A stretch of 63,449 nucleotides of DNA, counting the filler, from Octopus bimaculoides (taxonomy: Eukaryota), in NCBI RefSeq assembly GCF_001194135.2. It is 7 parts of 6 records of this genome, joined end to end, with 100 filler letters (N's around TTAATTAATTAA, not from the genome) between each part and the next. Parts side by side here need not be neighbours in the genome. Positions count along the whole stretch, not along the records: positions 1 to 14,966 come from NC_068991.1; 6 more parts are not named here. The stretch is one strand, 5' to 3'. Of the stretch, positions 1 to 12,267 are shown piece by piece. The position numbers and the translations under genes are program-made. How positions within the stretch are numbered: the stretch's first letter is position 1; every line of letters begins with the position of its first letter. The notes beneath the pieces are model-generated. The model had not been told where the DNA came from. It did not search any database and saw only the letters and a list, made by a program, of their open reading frames with translations.

Positions 1-236
1 ATTAGCAGGCCAGGATAGTTGATTCCATGCAAAAAATTCGATTTATTTTTTTTCTAAGTGTAAATCGTGCGAGTGTTATTTAAAAATTTAGCTGGAGTTT
101 TTCATGGCAAATTTGAGATTTAAAAAAAAATTTTATCCATATTCTTAATCTCTGTATTTTTCTCGTACATTAAAAAATAGATGGTGAAAAGATCAATGTG
201 TGGGGGGAGTGAAATTCCGAGGATTTCAGCACACCG

Positions 237-380
237 GTGGCAAGCATCCATTTGGGGGAGCCATGCTTTTCACATGGGCAACTTTATGTGGCCTGCTCCC
301 GTGTGGGTAGTAGAAACACTCTTTTTGTGTATGCTCCTCAAGGCAGAACATGCAATGTTGCCTATAGCGAAGTTTTATAG
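237..380 (+). mobile_element. Helitron Rep/Hel PIF1-helicase C-terminal fragment
   Basis: Frame not in the ORF track reads VASIHLGEPCFSHGQLYVACSRVGSRNTLFVYAPQGRTCNVAYSEVL*. SHGQLYVACSRV is the Helitron/PIF1 helicase motif VI. Confidence 0.88.
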
Positions 381-1589
381 ACAAGTTGTTATTGCAGCCG
401 ATGTGCTTATAAACAGTGATCCGGAAGCATTGGCTGGACATATTCTCAAAACATGGCAACATGACTTATGGACTCTTCCTCTTTTTTATTGGACAATGCT
501 GACTTCTCCAACAACAATGCTCACTCGGCTGATATCAGTGATTGGCTAAGNNNNNNNNNNNNNNNNNNNNNNNNNNNNNNNNNNNNNNNNNNNNNNNNNN
601 NNNNNNNNNNNNNNNNNNNNNNNNNNNNNNNNNNNNNNNNNNNNNNNNNNNNNNNNNNNNNNNNNNNNNNNNNNNNNNNNNNNNNNNNNNNNNNNNNNNN
701 NNNNNNNNNNNNNNNNNNNNNNNNNNNNNNNNNNNNNNNNNNNNNNNNNNNNNNNNNNNNNNNNNNNNNNNNNNNNNNNNNNNNNNNNNNNNNNNNNNNN
801 NNNNNNNNNNNNNNNNNNNNNNNNNNNNNNNNNNNNNNNNNNNNNNNNNNNNNNNNNNNNNNNNNNNNNNNNNNNNNNNNNNNNNNNNNNNNNNNNNNNN
901 NNNNNNNNNNNNNNNNNNNNNNNNNNNNNNNNNNNNNNNNNNNNNNNNNNNNNNNNNNNNNNNNNNNNNNNNNNNNNNNNNNNNNNNNNNNNNNNNNNNN
1001 NNNNNNNNNNNNNNNNNNNNNNNNNNNNNNNNNNNNNNNNNNNNNNNNNNNNNNNNNNNNNNNNNNNNNNNNNNNNNNNNNNNNNNNNNNNNNNNNNNNN
1101 NNNNNNNNNNNNNNNNNNNNNNNNNNNNNNNNNNNNNNNNNNNNNNNNNNNNNNNNNNNNNNNNNNNNNNNNNNNNNNNNNNTATATATATATATATACA
1201 CACACACACACATATATATATATGTATGTACATATGTATGTGTGTGTATATATATGTATGTATATATCTATGTGGGTGTTTGTGTGTGTGTGAGTATGTG
1301 CGTGTTTATATATAACATGCCACATGTCTACAAGCAAACTTTCAGGCTCAGTGCATATTATTGGACCCATTTGAAAACCAGGACGCTGGTCTATGAGAAA
1401 ACAGGAAGAAAAATGTGAAGATGGTTGATACAAAATATGGAAAGAGAAGAAAGAAAAAACAATAAGAAAACTCAAATTTTCATCTTAATCTGTAGAAATC
1501 ATAATTAACCCAGCTGGTTTACAATAATATAATAGAGAAGAGGCCAACATCTGTGAGATAGCAATTCAATTCAGAGAGGGTGGCATCCT

Positions 1590-2230
1590 CTAGTTTGACA
1601 AGTGAAACTTGTCCATGTGCTTGCTTTTGCTAAAACTCTCAGATTTGAAATTACGTAGTGTGGTAGAATTGTTGGATCTAAAATGAACATGCGATCTTTC
1701 TGCTACACATAACTTGCATCTCTTTGACCCATCTCTGTATGGCATAGATTTCTCCACGATTCTCTACTGTGGTGTGCTGTTGGCCTTTAGATTCAATACA
1801 TTGTTAACCAACTTAGTGATTTTTTTTTATCAATGTGTCAGAAAGTAGACTGGTGGTTTGCACAATGGCTTTTAAAATTGCCTTTGCATAAACTGATGTA
1901 ATTTATTCTTCTCAATCACAGCACTGCTGTAACTTTGGCTTTATAATCAACTGAGTTTGTCAAACATGCCTGACCAGGCGAGCAAGCTTCAGAGTCTCAA
2001 CAGTTACAACTGGGAGTTGGCTCTTGGTGTGACTTATGAGTGATGAAGTCTTTTATATTGGGGCAGCAGCTGTATAAAATTTTTATTGAGCTTCTTTTAA
2101 ATATCTTCTTGTATTTGTGGTTTACAGAGAAATATTTGTTTAATAATGCTAAGAATTTCTTGCCTATGTTAGTTTAAACATTTATGGAGAAAGGTGGGGA
2201 GGTGAACCTTAATATTTTCCTAGGTCTATT
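1590..2230 (-). mobile_element. Penelope-like element relic (RT-endonuclease linker and C-terminus)
   Basis: Minus strand reads PPFSINV*TNIGKKFLALLNKYFSVNHKYKKIFKRSSIKILYSCCPNI and GSKRCKLCVAERSH...SESFSKSKHMDKFHLSN*, both typical Penelope ORF segments. Confidence 0.78.
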
Positions 2231-2269
2231 TTTAGGCTTCATATTTTCAACTGAAGGGTTAGGCAAGAA

Positions 2270-2770
2270 ACCATATGGATGAGATGGCCTGTCCATCATA
2301 TCTAATTCATAATAAGCATGGTTTGGAATGATGTGATCCTAGTTTTGGCAGGAACCTCAGTGTCAGGAATGAGTGAGGGCCAGCTTATTCTGAGTATTTG
2401 GTAGCGGCATTACTGGTGAAATCTTTCCAAGATTTTTACATGACATGCATATCTTGTCCAAGTTTCAGAACACAACAGTGTAGAGAGAACAAATGAGACA
2501 TATCCCATGATCTTAGTGTCAGCTATGATATGGTGCTGTGACCAGACTTTAGATTCTAAGCTGCCAAATGTTTTTCAATACGAGAAGTGATTTCCACATC
2601 TAGATTGCTTTCAACACATATCATGCTACCAAGATATTCAAAATAAGTCACTACTTTAAGCATTGTGCCCTTAACCAATATCTCAGGTGTGAGGGATTGT
2701 TCTCCACAAGCAGATTGATGCATTACAACAGTTACTTTTAATTAATTGCATGACCAAATATGTCACATAA
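2270..2770 (-). mobile_element. RTE LINE C-terminal fragment
   Basis: VVTYFEYLGSMI..NLDVEITSRIEK, SETWTRYACHVKILERFHQ*C, WTGHLIHM; stops and frameshifts. Confidence 0.8.
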
Positions 2771-2879
2771 AGAATCAAATGCACAAGTTCTAAAAGCCTC
2801 GCTCAATGTAACTTACTAGATCACTCATTTGCATATAAAAGATCATGTACCACAGAGTTAAAGGCCTTGAATTTGAAGT

Positions 2880-3955
2880 TCATTCTTTATTTCATTTCAT
2901 AAATTTTGCCATAAAGGCATTACATAGAGGGGACTAACAAAGACAAACAGACATAAAGAAGCTGTGGGCTGGACACAGACATTAATGAATGAAATGAATA
3001 CAAAAGATGAGTAAAAAATGGGAGAGGCACCGGCGCATGCCGACCGATAACCCCTCAAAAACCTTGTTCAATACAAATCATCATTACAACAACAAAATCA
3101 AATCAAATCAAATTCTATAGTCCTCTACATCCGGGACCCCAAGCAAGATTCCTGCTGCCTGCAGGAAAGCCCACATTGGCTGGCCCGACTTAAGGGAGAC
3201 GAAGTCCTTCTTGTCGCAAATCCTTTCAATTTCATTTCCTTCACTGACATAGATAATCTCTGCACACACCAACGGAGGCCAACTTGGATGGTCTATAGCG
3301 GTTGAATCGTAACGTTGTTGATCCAAACACGTATCCAAATAAAGCTCATTGGGCCTCCCTTGAGGTAACACAGGATAATATCTGCTTCCTCATCACCGGG
3401 AGGGACTGCGGCCTGCTCTGCCAGTGGCACAATTCCCACTGGCAGAGCCTCCTGCTCTGGTGGAACACTACCCACCAGAGGGGCCTCAGGTTTGGCCAGC
3501 AGCACAGTGATGTCCGCCGTTTGTCTCCCGTTTCTGTTTTTTCCTTTTTTCGTCTGCGGGGGGTGGGGCCTCCACCGGCACACCCGGGGGCCCTCCTCTT
3601 CACCTGCAGACCGCTCTTTAACTGATGAGCAACTGCCATTGCTCATCTTTCTTTTTCTATTCGTGGAGGCTTCCGTCTCCATGACTTTCACCACCTCCCC
3701 CTCCAATGGGGGAGGGGGGCGACGGGCAAACTTTCTTTATCCTGCTCTGGGGCCTTCCCACGGCCCTTGGGGCAGTTTTTCCCTTATATGGCCAGGCTCC
3801 AGGCACCGGTGACACTTGTGGGCGTTCTTCAAGCATCACCGGGTACCTGGACCCGGCCATTTTCAAAGTCTGGAAACAGCATATCTCCTGCGGCCACCGG
3901 GGTCCATAGGGTTAAATTAACTTTAATCCCTTCCCAGTCGACCGCAGGGGTCATG
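2880..3955 (-). mobile_element. ORF1-only non-LTR retroelement (Tx1/L1-like ORF1), 5' truncated
   Basis: Frameshifted zinc knuckle YPVMLEERP.CHRCLEPGHIRE(K)NCP; ORF ends at 3108, then about 220 nt of 3' UTR with GTCCCCTCTATGTAA (2920-2934) and AATAAA (2886-2891); no ORF2. Confidence 0.65.
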
Positions 3956-4400
3956 TTGCAAAGTATATGAAGAAGAGTGTTAGTGCTTTAATACTACCTT
4001 GCTTAACTCCATTTTCAACCAGAAAAGGTTCCAACAAAGTTTCACCAAAATTAACCCTGGCACTCATATCCTTATGGAAAGCCCTGGTTATACTCACAAA
4101 CTTTTCAGGACAGCCAAATTTCTTCAGCACCAGCCACAGCACATTCCTATTAACCATGTCAAAAGCTTTGCTAATATCCACAAAATAATGGTGCAAGCCC
4201 ATGTTTTGTTTGTTGCATCAACTGTCCCTCGAGAAATGAGGAAGCCATATTTTGACTCCAGTACAGCTCTTGGGACAATACATTTATCAAGGTTCTCTAA
4301 GAGGTAACAAGAAAGCACCTTTACAAGTGATAATGATATTTTATGGAAATTTTCACATAAATTCTTGGGATCAGATTTATAAAGGGAACTAAGAATAGCA
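3955..4400 (-). mobile_element. RTE LINE reverse transcriptase fragment
   Basis: FVDISKAFDMVNRNVLWLVLKKFGCPEKFV...VENGVKQGSIKALTLFFIYF (RT domains 3-4). Confidence 0.88.
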
Positions 4401-4504
4401 TCAACCCAGCACTTCCTCTTTGTTGCAGTAGTATAGAAGTAAGGAACAAAAGTACAAAGGTCAAATGTAAAAAATTCTAAAGCCCTCTCAGCTGAAAGTA
4501 AAAT

Positions 4505-5342
4505 CGACTCCCAAATAAGGAAATTTGTACACATAAAAATAAACAGAGTAAATATCAAATTACATCTGGATACTGAGAATGACATTTCAATCATTAACAC
4601 TGACACATGGAAGAAAATAGGGAAACCAAAAACTGCACGTGGCTTGACGGGTGACAAACTACACTTTGCAGGCAAAATGTGGAATGATGTCACATTTCAA
4701 GGAAAAACATGCAAGGCGAAAGTTTTTGCCGTAAAGAATACAATCAATCTGTTTGGTACTGGTTGGTTGGAGGAATTTTGTAACTAAAAGATTAGGAAAC
4801 ATGATGTATCCAATTAAAGGACAATGTTGGGAACATAAGAAACACCTAAACCAATTAAAGATGCGACACTGAAAAACAAAAGGAAATACCAATAGAAGTC
4901 TGCTATGACATGTTTGAGGTGTCAGCACTGAAAGAGCCTTGTAGAAGCAACAGTAGAAAAAGGAAAGAGACTGTACACTTAGAAATAATGCCAAAACAAA
5001 AAAGATATTAAATTTTGTAAAAAATTTAAAAAAAGAGAGGGAGAGGTGATGGAAAAAGAAAAAAGAAAATAAATTTCACTTCTTACGGAAGCAGAAATTT
5101 CAAAAGGGGAGATGTGATGAGAGCTACAACACCCCCTTGTGAGAAATAGACTGGACCAAAAGATTATAAATAATAGCAGTTGGGGTGAAGTTTGTGTGTT
5201 AGTTCAAGTTGAGCTTGCAGTGAAGTCTGAACGTGTTGGTTGGTTAGTTCATTTGGAATGTTGATTGTTGGTCCATGAAGAGATTGTTGGATCAATATGT
5301 TGTTATTACGGCTGCATCATTATTTTGATTACTGTTACAACA
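4505..5342 (+). mobile_element. Internally deleted Gypsy LTR element (protease relic, PPT, 3' LTR)
   Basis: RKFVHIKINRVNIKLHLDTENDISIINTDTWKKIGKP...NLFGTGWLEEF (decayed LDTG protease). PPT AAAAGGGGAGA at 5102-5112, then TGTGATG...TTACAACA LTR at 5113-5342. Confidence 0.75.
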
Positions 5343-5451
5343 CTGGTACAGTGTATCTAAACCATCTGTCACAATATCATGGCAGTACCATGACATTGAA
5401 GATGGAGGGTACAACAGATTGTCTATTGAGAAGATCAAAATATTGTTGTGA

Positions 5452-5720
5452 GGATAAAGGGCAAAAGGATAAAGCATCCTGCCAGAGCCCTATGGGTTCA
5501 TAAGAGCTGGTTTCCCAGTTTTTGTGGTGTATATATATTTACTCCCTGTATGGGACGTCATTCTGTCACAGGGTTACTCATTTTTGACAGCTGAGTGGAG
5601 CAATGTGAAATGAAGTGTCTTGCTTAAGAACACAACATATCACCTGGTCCAGGAATTGAAACCACAATCTTTTGATTATATGTCCAACACCTTAACCACT
5701 AGGTCACACATCTCCACAAA
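5452..5720 (-). mobile_element. tRNA-derived SINE
   Basis: Minus strand has a gtggttaagg A-box-like and gtttcaattcc B-box-like head; body homologous to 5966-6113. Confidence 0.7.
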
Positions 5721-5965
5721 ATATTGCTGTACCCATCGTTTTTGTATGGATGTGTTATCAGTAGAGCTGTTAGCCATCAACACATCTCACTGAAGCTATA
5801 GATGCTGCTCTAGGGCTAAAAACCTCTTTTACAAAAAAAAACAACTTTTGTTTCTTTACTGTCTATAGCAGCTTGTGCTTTTGCTTGCCTTTTGGTGCCA
5901 TCATTTAATTTACATTTTTTGGAGTCTACATTGCATTTTTAATTGAAGAGATTTATATCTCATGT

Positions 5966-6113
5966 TCCACTCAGCTGTCAAACATGAGTAATCCTGTGAC
6001 AGAATGGCGTCCCATCCAGGGAGTAAATATATATAAGCCACAGAAACTGGGAAACCAGCTCTTATGAACCCATAGGGCTCTGGCAGGATGCTTTATCCTT
6101 TTGCCCTTTATCC
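5966..6113 (+). repeat. SINE body copy, inverted relative to 5452-5599
   Basis: About 148 bp reverse complement of 5452-5599, with roughly 8-10 differences by eye. Confidence 0.85.
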
Positions 6114-6519
6114 TTTCTTTGCTTAATAGTTGTTTTTTAGGAAGAAGATTAGTATTTTCCAAGTCATTGTCAATAAACCAATCAACTACTTTCTTAGATC
6201 TGTAGCCCCATGGATTTTCTTGTTTAAATGAAACACCTCTTATTGAATTATAAAAACTTGGCAATAAAGAAGGGGAATTAAGATTTGCTATGTTAATTCT
6301 CATTGGTACATTAGAGCGTTCCTTTCAAATATTGGGCTGAATTGAAAAATTAGACCTTCTACTTACTAGCCTATAGTCTGTGCAGCATCCAGCTCCTCTC
6401 GTAGTTCAGACACTGTGGGCATCTTTCAAATCTGATTTGTGTACGAAGACATAGTGAATAAGATGCCAGTGTTTAGACCTTGGGTGCATCCAGGCTGTTT
6501 TATATTTATTTCTTTGCTG

Positions 6520-7110
6520 AAAGAAAGTGATTGCTATCACAAATCAATGTTCAGTGCAAGAAGTAAGGTGTGAGACACCATTTCAGTTACATTTTCCTAC
6601 ATTACGTTTATCCAAGGCCAGCCATGTCATGAAATCAAATCCCACCCTTAAGTTGAAGTCACCCATAATTACTAGCTTATCAACAACTGGCACATTTCTT
6701 ACCAATTCTCTAAGTTCATTGCAGAATTGTTCAATAAATGCATCTGTATATAATATTGTGTATGTGTAAACACTTATTATTGTAAGACATCTCCCTTTTT
6801 TCAGATGTATACATGACATAATATGTTCTGAGGAACCACCAATATAATTTTCAAAAGATAAGATAAGAAAGAGTCTAACAGTCAAGCCAATACCCGGTTC
6901 TCTTCTTTGACCTTCTACTACACCTTTCCAAAAGAAAGTGTAACCAAATCAGTTTTCATTGAGCTGACCATCCTCATGTAGGCAAGTTTCAGAGAGAGCT
7001 ACTACATCTAATGAATATCTTTTCGGCTCCTGAGTGATCAGATCAGGTTGTCATACACACAATCCAACATGCAAGTTTCATAATGTTTAACCTTCTTGTG
7101 ATGTCAATTG
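6520..7110 (-). mobile_element. RTE LINE APE endonuclease fragment
   Basis: YSLDVVALSETCLHEDGQL..GYTFFWKG and DKLVIMGDFNLRVG. Confidence 0.82.
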
Positions 7111-7329
7111 ACCACTGTGACAGGAAACAACCAGGCCCAGCCTGTGGCACATTGGGCTGAGCCAGACCTATTCATGGGTCATTCTTAAACCCCAATTACC
7201 ATTTACTGATTTTGTTTGAGGTATTTTCATGAGTTTAAGGTGCATTGTAAGGTTACTGCCAACAATACAGTTGATGTTATACATACATTTATGTGTGTGT
7301 GTGTGTGTGTGTTCATAAAAATATGTATA

Positions 7330-7550
7330 TCTTTTATCTTTTACTTGTTTCAGTCATTAAGTTGTGGCCGTGCTGGGCACTGCCTCGAGGAATTTTAGTT
7401 GGATGAATTGACCTCAATACTTATTTTTTAAGTCTCATACTTGTTCTATTGGTCTCTTTTACTAAACTGCTAAGTTACAAGGATGAAAACAACACCAGCA
7501 CCAGTTGTTAAGTGGTGGTTGGGGATAAACATAGACACAATGCTACAAAG
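7330..7550 (-). mobile_element. SINE body/tail
   Basis: tcttttatcttttacttgtttcagtc tail; same tail family in the opposite orientation near 47900-47970. Confidence 0.6.
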
Positions 7551-7562
7551 ACCTACACATAC

Positions 7563-8430
7563 GCATCATCATCATCATCATCATCATCATCGTTTAATGT
7601 TCTCCTTCCAAGCTGGCATGGGTTGAATGGTTTGACAGGAGCTGGCCAGGCGGAAGCCTGTGCCATACTTGTGTGTCTGTTTTGGCATGGTTTTTATGAT
7701 TGGATGTCCTTATTAACACCAATCACTCCATAGAGTAGGCTGAGTACTTTTTACATGGCACTTGCACAGGCGAAGTCAGTTTTGGCATGGATTTACAGCT
7801 GGATGCCCTTCTAAATGCCAACCACTTTGCAGTGTGGACTGGGTGCTTTTTAAGTGGCACCTGCACTGGTGGGTTCACCAAGTGACTTTGCAAGACAAGG
7901 AGTCTTTGAGAGGGGAGGGGGCATTGGATGAGGGCAGAAATAGTTACCTAAAGAGAGAGAGTGGGAGTTAACAAGAAAGCGGTGTGCTGCTGTAAAGAAG
8001 ATACTTGGTTATCTAGCCAAAGGTAAGAGCAAGGGAAGGAGGGAGAGAGAGTGATCAAGAATGGGGGCAGAAACAGGTTTGTTGCTGTAGAGGAGATACA
8101 TTCATATCTCAACCAGAGAGGAGGGCAACGGAAAGAGAGAGAGAGTAGGAAACAGCAAGAGCAGGAGAGGGATGGTGGCAAGTGCCAGGGTATACTTGCA
8201 AGGAGAATGATGGCATAGATGGGATAATAGAGTAAGGAAGAGAGAGATGAATGGTGGTAGGTGCTGGTAGGGTATTGCAAAGGAGTTGTGAGTCAGAAGT
8301 GGGGGTGGGGGAATAGTGTGACTGGTGAGAATCTGGGTATGTAGAGGGAGAGAGGGACGGAGGGAAGCAACGATACAGTGAACAGGGTAACAAGGTTTTG
8401 GAAGGTGCAGGATGTCGTTCGGTTTCTTGG
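7563..8430 (-). mobile_element. RTE-type LINE 3' UTR ending in (GAT)n
   Basis: (CAT)n followed by gtttaatg...agctggatgcccttc, homologous to the tail at 10800-11015. The GA-rich distal part is assigned by adjacency only. Confidence 0.6.
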
Positions 8431-8544
8431 GGTAGGGTGTGTGAAAGTTTTATTGTAGGTGGGACACAATGCTTCTAGAACTCAGGTTCTAGCAGACATA
8501 TCACACACACACACACACGTGTGTGTGGGTGTGTGTGTGTGTGA

Positions 8545-8700
8545 CAGACTTCTTTCAGTTTCTGTCTACCATGTCCATTCACAAGACTTTGGTTGGCTCG
8601 AAGCCATAACAGAAGACCCTTGCCCAAGGTGCCATGCAGTGTGACTGAACTCAGTACCATGTGGTTGGGAAGTAAACTTCTTCCCAAAAGGCTAAGCTTG
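8545..8700 (-). mobile_element. tRNA-derived SINE head
   Basis: Reverse complement contains cccaaccacatggtactgagttcagtc...ttgggcaag; same family as 33150-33300 and 56596-56650. Confidence 0.65.
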
Positions 8701-8712
8701 TGCCTATATCTA

Positions 8713-8768
<56 letters not shown>

Positions 8769-8954
8769 CGTGTAAACTTTTGAAGAGGTATCAAAATGTT
8801 TAAATGTACAAACAATCAACAAGTAACTTAGAAATCAATATAGATATTATATGAATTATAAAATGAACTTTTTTAGGTGCTAGTATAGTATGCGGTATAC
8901 CACAGTGTCAAAAAGGATTATCTACCTTATCTTTCAGATATTTCAGAGATCATT

Positions 8955-9470
8955 TTTTTCAGAAACATAGTTTTAGCATCTAACCATGATCACTCAATAG
9001 CCTGAGTGTGTGCTCCAGTCACTGAATCCACATAATGTCATTGATGGTTCATTGTCAGATGGTGATAACCTATGGCATTTAAATTATTATAAGCAGGCCA
9101 CTCATCTGAATGAATTAGGGAACCTTTTTCACATTCTCTTTCAATAATTAGGATCAGACTGTTCCTGTCACTTCGTTCCACACAAAAGTATCACAGTCTG
9201 AGCCTTGTTTGAGACCAAAAACCCACAGCCAATCAATTCTACGTCCATGGTTCTATGCCCGTTGTGCTGCATCACTATCTTCAAAGAGAGGAGCATTGTC
9301 ACCATTCAGCATTCTTCCTCAATTGTATTTTCATGGGCCAGCAAATCTTGCTTCATCGATCTGAATGAGGTTATCGTTTGTTCCAACCATCTTCCCTTGT
9401 CATTCATGATAAACTATGGCTCCACACACCTTGCAGCATATATTGTACTTGTCAGTTATTGTATTTTTAG
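8955..9470 (-). mobile_element. Merlin (IS1595-like DDE) transposase relic
   Basis: NLIQIDEARFAGP*KYN*GR, WVFG, IIERECEKGSLIHSDEWPAYNNL..GYHHLTMNH..YVDSVTGAHTQAIE*SW; absent from the ORF track because of stops. Confidence 0.88.
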
Positions 9471-9819
9471 ATTTTCCTGTTAGAGTCACTGCTGTGGTCA
9501 TGGGTATATCCATGACAAAGAAAAATATTATTTCTAAAATATCACTCAGGCTCAGCTTGCAGTTTAATTTGTTGTTAATGTTAGTATAATAGAAAAATTG
9601 GTTTCTTTTATTAAGGAGACCAATTAAGGTAGATAATCTTAGCTATACTGTTTGCCAACATGGTAGACCGCTTACTATACTAGCACCCTTTTTTACTTAC
9701 TTGTTAATCAGTGCATATCATTAAAAAACCCATAGAGTAATATAACATTTAGAAGGATCTATTTAAATAACTATCTTGTACATATGTTTCCATAATAAAT
9801 ATCTATTACAGAAACATAG

Positions 9820-11015
9820 GTAGTTGATAGCTTCCGCTATCTGGGGGACCAAGTTCGTAGTGGGGGTGGGTGCACTGAAATAAGAATAGCCTGGGCAAAG
9901 TTCAGAGAGCTCTTACCTCTGCTGGCGACAAAGGGACTCTCACTCAGAGTGAAAGGCAGACTGTATGACACATGTGTACGAACAGCCATGCTACATGGCA
10001 GTGAAACATGGGCTGTGACTGCTGAGGACATGCGTAAGCTCGCAAGGAATGAAGCCAGTATTCTCCGATGGATGAGTAATGTCAGTGTGCATACTAGACA
10101 GTGTAAGTATCTTGAGAGAAAAGTTGAACAGAAGAAGCATCAGTTGTGGTGTGCAAGAGAGACGATTGCGCTGGTATGGACATGTGGCGNNNNNNNNNNN
10201 NNNNNNNNNNNNNNNNNNNNNNNNNNNNNNNNNNNNNNNNNNNNNNNNNNNNNNNNNNNNNNNNNNNNNNNNNNNNNNNNNNNNNNNNNNNNNNNNNNNN
10301 NNNNNNNNNNNNNNNNNNNNNNNNNNNNNNNNNNNNNNNNNNNNNNNNNNNNNNNNNNNNNNNNNNNNNNNNNNNNNNNNNNNNNNNNNNNNNNNNNNNN
10401 NNNNNNNNNNNNNNNNNNNNNNNNNNNNNNNNNNNNNNNNNNNNNNNNNNNNNNNNNNNNNNNNNNNNNNNNNNNNNNNNNNNNNNNNNNNNNNNNNNNN
10501 NNNNNNNNNNNNNNNNNNNNNNNNNNNNNNNNNNNNNNNNNNNNNNNNNNNNNNNNNNNNNNNNNNNNNNNNNNNNNNNNNNNNNNNNNNNNNNNNNNNN
10601 NNNNNNNNNNNNNNNNNNNNNNNNNNNNNNNNNNNNNNNNNNNNNNNNNNNNNNNNNNNNNNNNNNNNNNNNNNNNNNNNNNNNNNNNNNNNNNNGCGTC
10701 GCCTTTCTGGCACTTGTGCCCGTGGCATGTGTAAGGACTTTCGAGCGAGATCGTTGCCAGTGCCCCTGGACTGGCTCTTGTGCGGGTGGCACATAAAATA
10801 CACCATTTTGAGCATGGCCGTTGTCAGTGGTATGTAACAGCACCCACTACACTCTCGGAGTGGTTGGCATTAGGAAGGGCATCCAGCTGTAGAAACTCTG
10901 CCAAATCAGATTGGAGCCTGGTGTAGCCATCTGGTTTCACCAGTCCTCAGTCAAATCATCCAATCCATGCTAGCATGGAAAGCAGACGTTAAACGATGAT
11001 GATGATGATGATGAT
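9820..11015 (+). mobile_element. RTE LINE 3' portion (spans gap 10190-10695)
   Basis: VVDSFRYLGDQ..WAKFRELLPLL..LYDTCVRTAMLHGSETW..RRLRWYGHV; 3' UTR ends in (GAT)n. Confidence 0.88.
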
Positions 11016-11622
11016 ATATATATATATATAATTGTTATTTAAATAAATCCTTTTAAATATAACATACCTAGAGGTATGTATATTTGTTTACATGTATGTA
11101 TGTATGTATGTATGTTATCAATCAGTTTCATTTCTGTATTTCTTGTCAATAGAGAAAGAGCCGGACTCTAACATAGATTCAAGGCTCCTTCATTGGAACT
11201 TTTATCAACATCATCTATGTATTTGTACATATGTCTAGGCGTGTGCATATGTATTTATGCGCAGATTTGTATGTTTGTTTAATGGATGCGTTTTTATGTA
11301 TATATTTTCATGTCTAGATGCATGCATATGTATTTATGTGCTAAACTTTTGGAAAGTTTTTTTGCATGTATGTATGTATGTATGTATGTATGAATGTATG
11401 TATGAATGTATGTATGTATGTATGAATGTATGTAGATAATAATGCAGTTTAAACATGATTAGGCCAGATATACATGAATAAACATATATACATATACACA
11501 AATAGATACACACACATATATATGGAGATATACACAGGTACATATAACTAAATACATTCAAAAGATAAACACATATGTACAAGTATATATATATAGGTGT
11601 GTGTGTGTGTGAGTAACAGACT

Positions 11623-11883
11623 TCTTTACAAACGAAAACTAACTTCCTAGTTAACCTTCCTTTGATATTGATGCACCTCTTATGTGTCCATAGCTTGCAC
11701 TGGGTGCATCTTATAGATTTTCTACCTACGCCTTTTCTACACATCAAGCAAGGCCATCTACCCGAAGGGGTTTGTGTTTTGTCTACCTTCCTACTTATTA
11801 GGACTTTGGTTTTAGCTAGGTTGACTCTAAGGCCCTTCGATTCTAATCCTTGCTTCCACACCTGAAACTTCTCCTCTAGTTCT
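11623..11883 (-). mobile_element. RTE RT fragment with Cys-rich segment
   Basis: WKQGLESKGLRVNLAKTKVL...WPCLMCRKGVGRKSIRCTQCKLWTHKRC; paralogous to 26190-26576. Confidence 0.85.
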
Positions 11884-11884
11884 G

Positions 11885-12245
11885 ATGAAAAGAACCAAGG
11901 TTCATAAACTCATCGATGAAAATCCAGTCACATATAGAAAATTAATAAGTAAAAGCACAATAAATAAATATGATATAATACAAAGTAAATATTATAAGAT
12001 AATGATAATAAAACGACTACACGTGTTTCATAACCAAATTTTCAAATAGAAAAAATATTTAAATTGATTGAAACTATCGAAAATTAATTCTATTAAAAAA
12101 TATAGCTAATCTTCAGATCAAATTACAACAAAAATAATAATAAAAGAATGTATATATCAACAATAAATAACAAATGAATGTATGTAAAATACTTATTATA
12201 TTAAGATAGAAAAATATTATTAAAAATATCAAAATTATAAACGTT
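11885..12245. repeat. AT-rich interspersed repeat (second copy at about 41015-41380)
   Basis: Shared blocks aactcatcgatgaaaatcca, cacgtgtttcataac and aaaaatatagctaat in the same orientation. Confidence 0.8.
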
Positions 12246-12267
12246 TCATAATTAACTTTACATTTAT

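Noticed and set aside
468-1475. Long ORFs in the track (also at about 10-10.8, 17.5-18.7, 52.2-53.2 and 60.0-61.0 kb)
   Set aside because: Their length comes from N runs translated as X.
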